Part shown: piece by piece, positions 32,468 through 43,644 of the stretch | How positions within the stretch are numbered: the first letter of the stretch is position 1 | Layout: each line of letters starts with the position of its first letter | Origin: an uncultured Thermoleophilia bacterium | GTDB lineage: Bacteria > Actinomycetota > Thermoleophilia > UBA2241 | Assembly: GCA_963715985.1 (NCBI GenBank) | Contig: CAVQSP010000021.1 | Location: 70,864-134,863, forward strand | Reading direction: 5' to 3' | DNA length: 64,000 bases | Translations under genes and position numbers: made by a program | The notes under the pieces: generated by a model | Seen by the model: the letters and a program-made list of their open reading frames with translations, nothing else | Database searches by the model: none | What the model was told of the DNA's origin: nothing

Positions 32468-35185
32468 CGTTGCGCCTCGGCTTCATCGAGTGGTGGCGCA
32501 CACGTAGACGTCTCGGAGCGGGTCGAAGCCCGAGACCACGACGCTGAACTGGGCGTGTCATGCGCGCTCGACATGCCGTTCCCCTGCAGATGGATGTCGG
32601 ACAGGCCCCTGTGGTCAACTTCCAGAGTGTCATCGTCGAGCCTGAAGTCGACCGGCTGCCAGTTCTTCAGGGGGTTGCCGCTCCTGATGTTGTAGGCGAG
32701 GATCACGTTCAAGATGCGACCGACGGCCTTTCCATCAGCGTGCCCAGAGACCGGGTGAATCCTGACTTGGCCGCCAGACCCGTCTATCGCGAGGACCCGG
32801 GAGGACGACGGCACCTTGCCGGTCGGTCGGGTGACGTCGCCCCCATCCTTCTCCCCCGTATTTCTCGGCCCCGTTGCGTCGCCTGGAGTCTTCAGGGGGC
32901 GCGGGGAAGAAGTCGATGGTCAGGGTGCTGGTCTAGCTCCGGCGGGCGCGAGTCTAGGATGTTCGTGCCGATGTGCCTGACGCTGTTGCGGACGAACTTG
33001 AGGAGCTGAGGGGCGTAGGCGTAGTCGACCGAGGAGTTCCTGCTGGTTCGGCTCCCAGTGGTCGTGAGACGGGACCTCGGCAGCTCGCAGGAAGCGTGCG
33101 AGATTGAAGTCGTCGGCAACTACGATTGCCCTGAAGCCCTGCACCGTCTGAGGTGCGCCGCGGTTCCTCGCAGATAAGGAGCAGGTCCCTGTGGAATGCC
33201 GGCCGAAGCGCCTCGTCCGCCTCCTCCATGAAGACGTCGAAGTGGCTCGGCTGCTGTGCTGCTGAGGCAGCTCTCCTGCTCAGCGTCGACTGGTACACGC
33301 ACCGAGACGCGTTTGTCTGTCTGCAGTCTGCGTTGCGAGGGGCTCCACGTCGGCTCTCGCCAAGGCAGTCACGCCAGTCCGGAGGCCCGCCGCTCCATTC
33401 GCGATCGACCGACTCGAGGAGCGGGACCGCATCGGCGTCGCGCTGCTCGGCCGCCCATGTGGCAAGAGCAGACCAGCGGGCCTGAGCTTGCCTGGGCGTG
33501 CGGGTGCCAGACGAGACAAGCGTCTCATCGATGGTGTCCGGTGCAATCGGCCTCCTCGCCGTCGGGCGATGCAAGAGTAACGGTGAGTGCACCGCTCACG
33601 ATGGCCCAAAAGAAGTGCTCGACGACCGCTTGCCGGAGCGTGTCGATCGAGAGCCCCGGGCCGTCCTCGGCTCAGCCGGTCTGCACCACGGCACTACCAC
33701 CGACAGAGCCCGGCTCGCCGGGCCCACGGTCGAGCGCAAAGTCCTGGGCGAAACGTGATCGAGGACAGTCAGTCTGAGTCATGTCCCGAGAGGCATGACA
33801 GACGCCGTCGTGTCTGGGCGGCAACCGAAGAAGCCGTCAGATCGGTAAGTGGGGCCGTCCTGCGCTCGTCTTGTGATAGCGAAGGATGCACCGGCCCATG
33901 AGAAGACGGCGGGAGTTGCCCTCCTGGACGGTCAGCCCGACGAAGGCGTTCGCGCGACTTGCCATCGGAAAGACCGTCTTGCCCACACCCCAAGTGCCGC
34001 CCTTGCCGTCGCCCTTCGATGAGAGCGCCTCTGCCCGGAAGAAGTTGTAGAAGTCCGCCGGGGCACCGTGTGGTGCGGACTCGGACTGAGCCGGGATCGC
34101 CCGCCAAGCCCGCGGGTGCCGAAGTCCTCGCAGGTGAGGATAGGCGCACTCCTCCCAACCGCTCCCAGTCCGCACGGCGGGCTTCGGCAAGTCCGCTTGC
34201 CGGCGCTTTGAGCAGGTGCTGGCCGAGTGCGAGCGAACCACCGGTCGGCGCGGGCCTTGGGGAAGGGCGCCCTCTTGCACCCGAGACAGATAGAAACGTA
34301 CGGCGCGCGGGCTGTCGATGTAGCGAGCATCTGCCCGGTCGCGCGTCCGAGAGCGTTCTGGATCGCTTCGCGACCCGAGGTTGTCGGCGAGCTCGCGCGA
34401 CTCGCTGACGAAGAACTCCGCGGGGATAGGATTGCGCTCGATCTCATCTGGCGTCTTTCTGCCCGAAGCGCCAGTGGAGATCGTCTTGCCGGTCGCCCAC
34501 TTCAGAGTCGTAGCCAGTTGCGGGTCCACTGGAGGGTTGGGGATCGCGAGGAGATGTCGGCAGACTCGCACGCGTGTCCGTGACTCCGGTAAGTTCGGCC
34601 GTGAGATCTCGAAGCTCTGCGGGACCAGACTCAGCGAGCTCTGCAAGGCAGTCGTACGCCGCCGGCCCACCCACTCGCGAGAACCTCGCAGGCCCCTCAA
34701 GCGATGGCGAGGTTCGGCCCTGCGGCTCCTTCGAATGAGAGCAGGGACTGCGGGCTGTCCGATGCCAACCAGAGTCCGTCGAACGCGAGCAACGTGACCC
34801 TCTCCGGTAGCGTCGAGCTCCTCCATCAGAGCCGGTACAGCTGATACGCCTAAGGCAATCAAGGCTTCCTTGGTGGCCACGTGCACGTCTTCGTCGGGCG
34901 GCCGGGGGCAACGCGCCAGTGGAGCGGCGCCGCGAGTGGTTCGGCTGAAGCTTCAGCGAATGGGATCGCGCCCAGGCAGCCTTCGGTATCGTCATCGTTG
35001 GTGAGGTGGGCGCAGAGAGTCCTGAGTTTGTCATCGCTCAGAGGCTGAGGCTTGTCTGCCTCCGCTTTCAAGCGTCTCAACGTATCTTCCCAGGCTGCAG
35101 ACGGGACTCTCTCTCATCCGACCCATGTGTACGGTGGCAAGCCCCGCACTGTCTCCAGACCCGGTCCGCATCTCCAACGCGCCAT
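32464..35185 (-). CDS. GHKL/MORC-like ATPase with probable N-terminal HEAT repeats; many frameshifts, start uncertain
   Basis: EALIALGVSAVPAL...LVGIGQPAVPAL (HEAT); REAIQNAL, EDFGTRGL, GGTWGVGK (GHKL N, G1, G2 boxes); FLRAAEVPSHDHW. Confidence 0.65.
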
Positions 35186-35365
35186 GCGACTCTTCAACCT
35201 TGACTAATCTCAGATGTTGAGCGGAGACGCTGGCGACATGGCGTTGGCAGGCGGGATACTCGCGTTGTAGCGCGCTCGGATGTGAATGGCTGTCCGCCCG
35301 GTCATGACCACGGCTTGGAGCTTCCGCCTGTCACGACGTTCTTGGCAGCGGGGGATAGCGCAAGC

Positions 35366-36618
35366 GCCCGGGTCACCTGCCTTCTCAAGCCTCGTGGGCC
35401 ATCTGCCCGAGGCCGGCCTCCTCGCCCACGTGGATCTCCTGGAGCGAGCCGATGAGCCCCACGAGCACGCACCAGCCCGGGATGCGCTCGCCGAAGTCCA
35501 CGAACGCCTCGGGCTTGTTCTTGGGGCAACGGTACCCTGTGCTTGGCGGTGACCTGCTCCAGGTCTCAGCGGCGCTGTGCCCCGTCGTAGATGATGACGT
35601 GCTGCGGCGGCACCGCCCTGCTGTCGCCGAGGTACTGCTTCACGTGGTTCTTGACGTCGCGGACGAAGGTCTTGCCGCCGCCGGCGCCTGCGCAGCTCTC
35701 TACTGGAGAACCTCGACCAGCGGACCGTTGCCACTGACAAAGACGGCGGGAGAGGTGGGCTTTCCGCCGGCCCGGACTGCTCCTGTCGGAGGCGATTGGC
35801 GGTTGGCTATCCCACGATCAGGTTCAGGGACTCACCCGCTCCAGAGCGACATGTTTCGCCGTACAGGAAGCGACACGATTCATCTGTACGCCGACAAGGT
35901 GCCGGTACTGCGCGGTGCCGGCCGCGTCGTGCGCGATGCGCGCGATCTGGTCGATGGCCGGCTAGGTCTCGGCATGCGCCCGATGAAATGGGTCGGATCT
36001 TGCCGTCGATGAAGAGCTCGCGCGCGGCCTGCACAAGCGTGGGGAGGGGCAGGAGGCGTCGCACGCGAGGAACTCCTCGGCGGTGAGGGGGCCCTTCCGG
36101 CCACGGACGCTGGAAGTCGATGCGGAGCTGATGGAGCGACGCCGGCCCGCACACGCGCACGCCGTCGCGCACGCCGATGTACCCAGTGGGGCGGGTGCGC
36201 ACGACGACGGCGTGGACCTCGCGCTGGGCGCAATGCTTGTGATAGCAGTGTAGGTCGCGAGCGTATGCGGCCGCTTGGTCCAGGTCGGCCTGTACCGGCT
36301 CGTTCTTGCCCTTGAGTTCGAGCACGACGACGGCGTCGTTGACGAGCAGCACGACGTCCGGCCGACGCGGCTCCATCGGCAGGTCGTACTCCAGGATGGC
36401 GGTGTACTCCCGCGCGAGCTCGTCGATCTCGACGCCTTTGCCGGTCTCGAGCTGGATCCTAGGCAATGGGAGTCGTCCAAGTGCGGGACTGCGACTCGCC
36501 GGCGTTGCCGACGAAGTCCTCGAGCTTGATGAACGACGCGCGGCTCGGTCTCCGAGGAGGTGGGGAAGTCGCTCTCCCAGCCGTAGCAGGCGCGCTCGAA
36601 GTCGGAGCTCGAGCTCAA
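35366..36618 (-). pseudogene. DUF2075 gene, N-terminal half; 35366-35682 is the right copy of the island-flanking repeat
   Basis: YGWESDF, LEYDLPMEPRRPDVVLL...[35 protein letters not shown]. Confidence 0.78.
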
Positions 36619-36755
36619 CGGCGAATGTGACTGTCGGCCCCGGTGGTCACGGACGGAGGCTAGCTATGACTGGGGACGAAACTCTCGAAGCTGATCCAGA
36701 GCGGAGGCGCGAAGTCTTGCGGACAGGCGTTCCAGGACGAGCTTGGTGTCCACGG

Positions 36756-38687
36756 CTAGGTCGAGGCTGAGGCGAGTGGCCCTTGTGCAATTAGGTTCTG
36801 GATGAAGGGTCGAAGCGCAAGAACGGCCTTGTCCATGCTCTGGCCCAGCAGGCCCAGGCCAAACGAGCACGTAGTCGTGGAGCCGAAGAAGAACCTCTCA
36901 TCGTCGGTAAGTACGCGAACCTGGATGCCTTGATCCGCGAACCGCTCCTCGTCGATATCCCTAGCAGACCAACAGATCGATCTGGCGTGAAAGTACTTCG
37001 TGGTGTTCTCAAGGTCCTTGAGCAGGTCCTCCGCTGCGTACTTGAACTCGATTAGCGATGGGGCCGTTCGATCATGTCCTGTCGGCGTTCGCGTAGTGGT
37101 GGAATTGATCTGGCGACGTTTGCTCTTGGGGGATTCGGTATTGCCCCCACTCGTCATACGTCATCTTGTAGCCGAGTGTTATACGTGTAGTAGCCCCTAA
37201 AGGAGCCCCTTCCCCAGCAAAGCTCATGGAAGAGGGCCACGACGGCGGCTTCTTGGCCTTATTGTTGCTTCAGGAAAGTGAGTGAACGTAGCACTCCCAG
37301 GATCTGGCAGTCTGCGGTTAGCTCCGTTGAACATCTGCTCGCGCTGCCATTGGTCCGCTGGGACTCGGGCCACAACGCCCGATCGGTGCCATCCCAGAGA
37401 ATCGAAGCAGCTTGTACATCTCGTTGAAGATCTCCTTGGCTAGCCATGGACAGGAGTTCACCGCGTCGCCTGGGAAGCGATTTCCGTCCTAATATATTAG
37501 TTGAGGGCGTCGTCCTGGAGAAGAATGAAGATGTTCGGCGAGCAGCCGGCCCGTAGCCGGTCGAGGGTGGAGTATATGGTTGATGCCGGTTGGCACCCTC
37601 TTGGTTGCCGTGGTGATGGCCCCTCGAAGTAGGTTCCGAGCGTTCTCCCCCGTCTTCGGTTGACCACCAGGCCTCGGCGTCTTGGCTCCAGGTCCGACCA
37701 GAGGTCGCGACTGGACGCCGCGAATGCGTAGAACCGAATCCAGCGTCCCGCTCTTGTAGACCTGGTCGACCTTCACCAGCGACTTGGCGTGCAGGTACTG
37801 GCGTTTTCTGGGCGTCGCCAAATGAATGCCAGCTTCGCATAGTAGCTTCGGTGTCAACTCGATAGGATGTCCTTCTTGGCCACGAACTCCCCGGGCAGCA
37901 TGTACCTGGATGGAAGTACTTCTTCTGCAACAAAGGCCCGCTCTGTCGAAGGCGGATGGGCGGAAACCTCACGGTGAACGGCGGTTTCGTACCTCCGGGT
38001 CGAATACGGAGTTCGTGTCGCCCTAGCGCCTGTTTTCGCGCTCGCAACCAGCAAACTCCACGACGCTCACCGGCTGATCGAAAGAGGTCGCCCTCGACCC
38101 TATGACTACTTCTACAATGTCGCCCAAACTTAATTCTGGCAGAAGGTCGAATGACGGGTGCCTATTGGGACGGCCTCTGTCGTCCGGGTAGGTGAACGTC
38201 GGGATCGTATCGCTTCTCGCCGTTCTTCCAGGCGGCGGCGCCGATGAATCCGAGCCTTCCGTCCCCAACGGCGGTCTCGGACTGAGTCTCAATCTCATAC
38301 CCGAATCTGACATGTAGATGGGTAAGCTGAGCTCCGACGCCCTTCTCGCCGATCTCTCCCTCCGCCTGTTGTCCTTGTCGGTCCCATGGGGAGCAAAGAG
38401 ACTCACCCAGCTTGTCGCCGTCGATACCGCAGCCGGTGTCAGTGCACTTCAATGCTGCGGGGATAGGCTACGTCGATGCTGACGTTGACGTGATGTGGGG
38501 CGAGAAGCGGGGCCGTAGAGCTTCCTCGTGATGGCCTTATGGTGTATACTGAGTTCTGGCAGAGGGAGTCGGCCAGGGTGTCCCATGGGTGGCTGTAGCT
38601 GTCGCAAATGTTGAGGATCTCCTTGCGAAAGTCCGTTTCTCGGAAGGCTGGGACAAGGATGTCGATGCTGATGGACTCGCTGGCCAT
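36756..38687 (-). CDS. GHKL/MORC ATPase with C-terminal PD-(D/E)XK-like nuclease; frameshifted, lower GC
   Basis: DSYSHPWDTLA..LCQNSV, TDTGCGID, GEIGEKGVG; C-terminal LIEFKYAAEDLLKD. Confidence 0.65.
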
Positions 38688-38966
38688 TGGAGCTCCCATC
38701 CGTCCCAGTTCGTCGATGGCATAGGAAGAGGCAGTGTGGCGTTGCCTGGGCGGAAGTCTCAACGCACCCATGGCATTCCGATCAAGATCCGACAGGCCGG
38801 ATCGAGCATGGACACCGTCGCGGCGCGGGCGAACTCCGTGGTTCTGACCAGCGCCTCCTAGCGTTCATCCTGAGCCGGGGTCAACGAGGCGCAGGCCTCG
38901 AAGCATTCGAATTGATCGTGGGATACTTCGCGGGGGTCCACCCATCAATGACTCGGAGAGGTTCCC

Positions 38967-39484
38967 ATGGGCAGCTCCTCGCCGTCACCTGCGACTCCTG
39001 CGGCGCGCCGATGGTGCCCAACGTGAGCACCATGGACGAGCACGGCTGCGGCTGGATCTGCCTGGACCCGGACTGCCCGGAGCTGGCCGCCACGGAGCTG
39101 GAGGCCGAGGACCTGGTGGAGGCGGGCGTGCCGGCGGAGCTCGCCCGCCGTCTCACGAAGCTCATCCTTCGCCGGGCGGACGAGGCGGACGCGCCCGCGA
39201 GGGCGCGCGAGCGGGCGCAGGCCGATCTCGCGCGTCTCCGGCAGGACCTTCTCGAGGCGCAGCGGCTAGCGAGCGAGGCGGCGGCCCTCGCCGACCGCCT
39301 CGCCGGCTTCCTTCGTGTCTCCTTCACGAGCGACGACTTCGCCGAGGGCCAGCAGGCCAGGGCGGACCTCGCCGTCGCCTCCGCCCTCAGCCGGCTGGCC
39401 GCGCGCACCGCCACCGAGGCCCGCGTGACCGTGGCCGGCATTGACGGGGAACTGCGGGGGCTGCTCACGGCGGACAACCTCTGA
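38967..39484 (+). CDS. Cys-rich (Zn-ribbon) coiled-coil hypothetical protein, copy 1
   Basis: CDSCGAPM...CGWICLDPDC followed by an Ala/Leu/Arg-rich helix; near-identical copy at 46769-47286. Confidence 0.55.
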
Positions 39485-39534
39485 GATCATCGCCGCGCGC
39501 GTCACGCTACTTCTACGGGCCTCTCACGGTCGCC

Positions 39535-39893
39535 GAAGCTGAGCGGATGCGGGAGCACATCTCCGGCGCACATCGGGTCTCTCCGTTCGCGAGATCCTCG
39601 AGATGTGGGAGACGCCGACGCCACTGGTCGCACGGACGGTCAGGCCCTTGCGGTTCCACGTCGCGCCCCTGGAGGGCCACGCGCACGTATTCGGCCGCGC
39701 CCTCGGGCATGATCGGCCGCCACTTCAAGGACCACCCGAAGCTGGGAGCCTCTTCGGCCCGGGGGTGAGGCGGCCGGGGGCCATGCCCGGCGACCAGCCG
39801 CGGCGGCTGCGGCTCGAGCTGGACAAGGGCGCGTCCGTCGCCGGGCTTGCCGGCCGAGATCGTGGAGCCGCGGGCAAGGGGGCCGTCGCCTGA
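39535..39893 (+). pseudogene. fragment of a GIY-YIG-like gene (copy A)
   Basis: RMREHIS, LRFHVAPLEG, GMIGRHFKDH, RLRLELDKGASV shared with 41775-42279. Confidence 0.55.
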
Positions 39894-40005
39894 CTGAAGC
39901 CATGGCGGCGCCGGTCGCGTCGGCATCCGGCGCGTGAGGATGTGCGTCGTCGGCTGCTGCGTTGTCAGGAACGTCACCCAGAATGGTGACATTTGCAGCG
40001 GATCC

Positions 40006-40170
40006 TTGACCGCGGCGGTGATTCCCGCATACTGCGAGGGTCACCCCCGCGAGCAGGATTCGCGGGTCCCTCGGGGTTGCGACTCTGGGGGCTTCTTCTG
40101 TTGGGGGTCCATCGTCAGCCGCACGGTCTCCCGCGTAGGCGGCTTCAACGTCTGCGACTCGGTCCTCAAT
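40006..40170 (+). ncRNA. orphan NYN promoter/leader RNA followed by a decayed NYN 5' stub
   Basis: TTGACC-16-CATACT; GGGTCACCCCCGCGAGCAGGATTCGCGG... homologous to 47365-47435; followed by V..GFNVCDS resembling VDGFNLYHS. Confidence 0.55.
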
Positions 40171-40248
40171 GCGAGGAGACGGGCAGGCCGGGCTCGGACG
40201 ACATGCTCTCAACGCGCCCCGGGCGGCAGTCGGCTTGGCTGCCGGGCT

Positions 40249-40713
40249 TCAGGTCGCGCGAGTGCCCTTCGAGGCTGGGTCGGTGCGGGCTTGGGGCCCG
40301 GAGGCCAGGACCGCGGCAAGCTCTGGTCGCACGGCCAGCAGCCGCATCAGCCGGTCCGCTGTCGCGCCCTGGACGACCGTGCCTGTCTCCCACCTCACGA
40401 CCGTCTTCGGTCCGGTGCCGAGGATTTGCTCCAGGCCGGCTTGCGAGACCCCGAGTGTCGCGCGCAGGGCGCGGATCTCGTCGGAGGTCATGAGGCCGTG
40501 CGTCGCGCGGACTCCATCCACGGCTTGTCTCTGCGCGGCTCGCATCGCGCTCGCGTCGAGGTAGACCTCGCCGCAGCTCTCGCAGCGACCGTGCTCGACA
40601 CCCTGGACGTCCACGCGTTCGCGGCGCACCTCGATCGCGAAAGCGGCGCGCGAAGCGGTCACGTGTCCGCCGCACTCGCCGCAGGTCGCAGGGAACATGG
40701 TCACCGCCTCCAC
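40249..40713 (-). CDS. mqsA: MqsA-family antitoxin (Zn finger + Xre HTH)
   Basis: CGECGG...CESCGEVY; IRALRATLGVSQAGLEQILGTGPKTVVRWETG. Confidence 0.88.
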   Translation of the reverse strand: MEAVTMFPATCGECGGHVTASRAAFAIEVRRERVDVQGVEHGRCESCGEVYLDASAMRAAQRQAVDGVRATHGLMTSDEIRALRATLGVSQAGLEQILGTGPKTVVRWETGTVVQGATADRLMRLLAVRPELAAVLASGPQARTDPASKGTRAT

Positions 40714-40717
40714 GCGC

Positions 40718-41032
40718 TCAGTGTGGTGCGCCGTCCCAGCAGCACGACCACACGTTCACGACCACCTCGTCGTCGTCGATGTACAGCTTCACGTACCAGT
40801 CCTCCGCCTGCCAGGTGACGATGTACTCATCGGCGGACTGCGCGTTCCGCAGCCTCGTCGAGCCGATCCACCTGCCCCGCAGCGGGAGGGTGCTCAGGAT
40901 GCCGGTGATCGTCTTCAAGGCGTCGTAGTCGTGATTCGTGAGCCACGAGATGACCCGAAGCGTGGCGACGACCTTGCCTTGCCGCGCCAGCTTGGCGACG
41001 ACGAAGGGCTCGTAGACCGGACCGCTCGGCAC
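40718..41032 (-). CDS. mqsR: MqsR-family toxin
   Basis: ~100 aa directly upstream of mqsA; ADEYIV...WYVKLYID...VVVNVWSC. Confidence 0.7.
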   Translation of the reverse strand: MPSGPVYEPFVVAKLARQGKVVATLRVISWLTNHDYDALKTITGILSTLPLRGRWIGSTRLRNAQSADEYIVTWQAEDWYVKLYIDDDEVVVNVWSCCWDGAPH

Positions 41033-41277
41033 CTGGCCACCCGTCAGAGATACGGTAGCATCATGCTACCGATAGAGTCAACGGTCCTGACGTCGCGTTG
41101 CGTCTGCATGGCGTCAGAACGGTAGGCGTACCGAACACTGCCCGCAAGGTTGACCGAGGGTCACGATCGCTGGTGACCTGGCGGGCATCGCCCGCAGCTG
41201 AATCCACCCCTGTCCGGCGCGGATGGACCCGGGTCGCTTGAGGCTCCGGTGCCGGGTCGAGAGGTCCGGCCGGCCCT

Positions 41278-41761
41278 TTCTTCTGCGCCGCCGGTCGGTG
41301 TCCCCCTGCAGCCCGTGGTCAACCAGGAGACGAGCCACGAAGAGGTCCAGTGGAACCTTCTGGAGATGGGCGCGTCCTTGGGCCTGGACGTCTGGGTGGC
41401 GCGGAACGATCGGAACAAGTCCTTCGGCGGTCACGCCTTCCAGGATGCTCCGCACACCACCGCGGTCTACTCGGGCCTGCTCCGCATGTCGGACCTCATC
41501 ACGCTGCATCCGAACCTGATGATCCGCCTTTACATCGTCGCGCCTGACGCCCGCAAGTCGAAGGTCATGAACGAGCTGGTGCGTCCGACCTTCGATGCGC
41601 TTGAGCCGCCGCTTCGCACGATCTGCGGGTTCATCCCGTACTCGCGGCTCTTCGCCGAAGCCGACACCGTGCGTCGGTACGGCGACCGGCTGAAGCCGGG
41701 GTTCCTCAGCGGCATCGCGGAGTACGCGCCGGACCTGGATGAGGGGTACCGGTCCGCCTGA
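41278..41761 (+). pseudogene. C-terminal fragment of a PD-(D/E)XK nuclease (EVE-associated type), with internal in-frame deletion
   Basis: HEEVQWNLLEMG..LGLDVWVARNDR, HTTAVYSGLLRMSDL, LYIVAP; lacks the IDVLW...AAFEVE segment present at 43645-44242. Confidence 0.7.
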
Positions 41762-41774
41762 GGTCGCTTTCCGA

Positions 41775-42279
41775 CGGACTGTGTCTATCGCGCCAACTCC
41801 TAAGTACTGACGGCTGCTTCTCGCTGCGCCAACCTCGGTACGTCGACCAGACGCGGCGGGGGTTCGGCCGGCGCATGCGCGAGCACTTCTCGAGCATGCT
41901 GTCGCTGGAGTATCTGCCCCACGACCCGGACGCGCTCGCCGCAGGCGACAGCGCGACGCTCTGCAAGGGGATCGGCGCCCTCCCTTGGCCGCTCCGCATC
42001 CCCGACACCCTCGACAGGCTGCGGTCGCTGACGTCCCAGCTCGTCGGCACCATCAAGCTCCTGAGGCTCCACGTTGCGCCGCTGGAGGGTGACGTGCACC
42101 TGTTCAATCGCGCTGAGGGCATGATCGGCCGTCACTTCAAGGACCACCTGCAGGTGACGACGTTCTTCGGGACCGGGGTGCGCCTGCCGGTGGCCATTCC
42201 AGGTGGCCAGCGGCTGAGGCTGCGACTCAGCCTCGCCGCGGGCGCTTCCGTCGTCGGATTCCCTACGGAGATCGTGTAG
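41775..42279 (+). pseudogene. GIY-YIG-like nuclease gene remnant (copy B, most complete C-terminal part)
   Basis: PRYVDQTRRGFGRRMREH resembles YVGxT...RxxEH. Confidence 0.5.
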
Positions 42280-42338
42280 CCATGGATGTCGCCGGCGGTG
42301 TGACCCGGGGCCGCTCCGTCGTCTTCATCGCCACGTCC

Positions 42339-42374
42339 CATCGTCCACCGCCGCGTCGCATCGTCACTCTTGAG
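42339..42374 (+). other. bipartite inter-cassette motif, copy 1
   Basis: CATCGTCCAC-cgccgcgtcgc-ATCGTCACTCTTGAG. Confidence 0.75.
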
Positions 42375-42496
42375 CAGCGAGCACCCGCGCGCGAGAGTCG
42401 AGCCATGTTTCGTTCTCGTGTCAAACCCCAACTGTCGCTGTTGATGGTCATCCAACAGGGCGACCGCAACGTCACCCATCGACGCGTTCTTCGCGC

Positions 42497-42580
42497 TTGC
42501 GCATCGGCCCCAGAGCGCTACACTCACGTCAATCCTCCCCGCCGTCCGGGTCATGCCGCACCGGCGGGGCTTTTCTTTGG
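42497..42580 (+). ncRNA. promoter plus putative leader ncRNA/terminator of the NYN gene
   Basis: TTGCGC-16-TACACT; GTCAATCCT-CCCCGCCG...GGGTCAT...CGGCGGGG-CTTTTCTTT. Confidence 0.6.
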
Positions 42581-42589
42581 CCCCCACGC

Positions 42590-43216
42590 ATGATGCCGCT
42601 GCGCGACCTCAGGGTCTGCGTCTTCCTGGACTGGCAGAACCTCTATCACCGTGCCCGTGAGGCGTTCATGGAGCCCGGAGCACCGGCGGCGGCGGGGCAG
42701 GTGGACCCGCTCGCCCTCGGACGACTGTGCGCGTCAAGGGTCGCCGGGGGTGTGCTCACTGGAGTGCGGGTCTACCGGGGGCGTCCCAGTCGCCACCATG
42801 ACGTGCGCTCCTACTCGGCCTTTCGAAGGCAGACGGAGCGCTGGCTACGGGACGGCGACGGCCTCGTCTCTGTGGCGGCACTGGACCTGCGGTATCCGCA
42901 CGAGTGGCCTTTGCGCCCAGCACAGGAGAAAGGCGTCGACGTGGCGCTCGCTGTGGACTTCGTGCTGATGTGCGTCCGTCGCGAGTACGATGTCGGTATC
43001 CTGTTCTCCGGCGACACAGATCTGGTTCCGGCGCTCAGAGCTGTGGTGGCGCTGCGTCCGGGCGAGCCTCCGGCGTGTGAGGTGGCGGCGTGGGCGCCGC
43101 CGGCCGGACGACCGCGGTCTCTTGCGGTCCGCCGGATTCGTCTCAAGCGCCACCTGCTCGGCGAGGCGGATTTCCGGGCGGTGGCTGATCCGACCGACTA
43201 CACGCGCAGGCCCTGA
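42590..43216 (+). CDS. NYN domain protein
   Basis: VFLDWQNLY, VRVYRG, QEKGVDVALAVD, FSGDTDLVPA, EVAAW, DPTDY. Confidence 0.9.
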   Translation: MMPLRDLRVCVFLDWQNLYHRAREAFMEPGAPAAAGQVDPLALGRLCASRVAGGVLTGVRVYRGRPSRHHDVRSYSAFRRQTERWLRDGDGLVSVAALDLRYPHEWPLRPAQEKGVDVALAVDFVLMCVRREYDVGILFSGDTDLVPALRAVVALRPGEPPACEVAAWAPPAGRPRSLAVRRIRLKRHLLGEADFRAVADPTDYTRRP

Positions 43217-43259
43217 GCGTGTCGACAGCAGCTACAGTTCCGCGGAGGCCTCTGCGCGC

Positions 43260-43635
43260 CCTGAGCCCGAGATCGTGCGCGACTGCGGCGGCTATCTCTG
43301 GACGATCCCGCTCATCGGTCGGGAGTGGCCCTGGTATGTCCGCCAAAACGCGGTGCGGCTGCGGCCGGCGGATGCGCGAGCACATCTCCCGCATGCTGTC
43401 GCTGAAGGATCCGCGTCTCCATGAACCGGACGCGCTGGCCGCCGGCGACAGCACGCCGCTCTGGAAGGGCGTCGGCGGCCGCAGGTCGGGTCTCTCTATC
43501 CCCGGGACCCTCGAGGGCTGGAGGCGCTGACGGCCGCTGGTCGCACGCATGGTCAGGCTCGTGCGGTTCCACGTCGCGCCCCGGGATGGCGGCGCGCACT
43601 TCTTCGAGCGCGTCGCGGGCATGATCGGCCGCCCC
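43260..43635 (+). pseudogene. GIY-YIG-like gene fragment (copy C)
   Basis: GGYLWTI...PWYV.Q, RMREHISRMLS, PDALAAGDS, RFHVAP, GMIGR. Confidence 0.55.
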
Positions 43636-43644
43636 GACCTGTCG

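Noticed and set aside
41150-41195. Possible extra copies of the N11 motif (minus strand here; also ~9540, ~16230 and ~47299)
   Set aside because: Only one half-site matches at the proper spacing, so they were not counted
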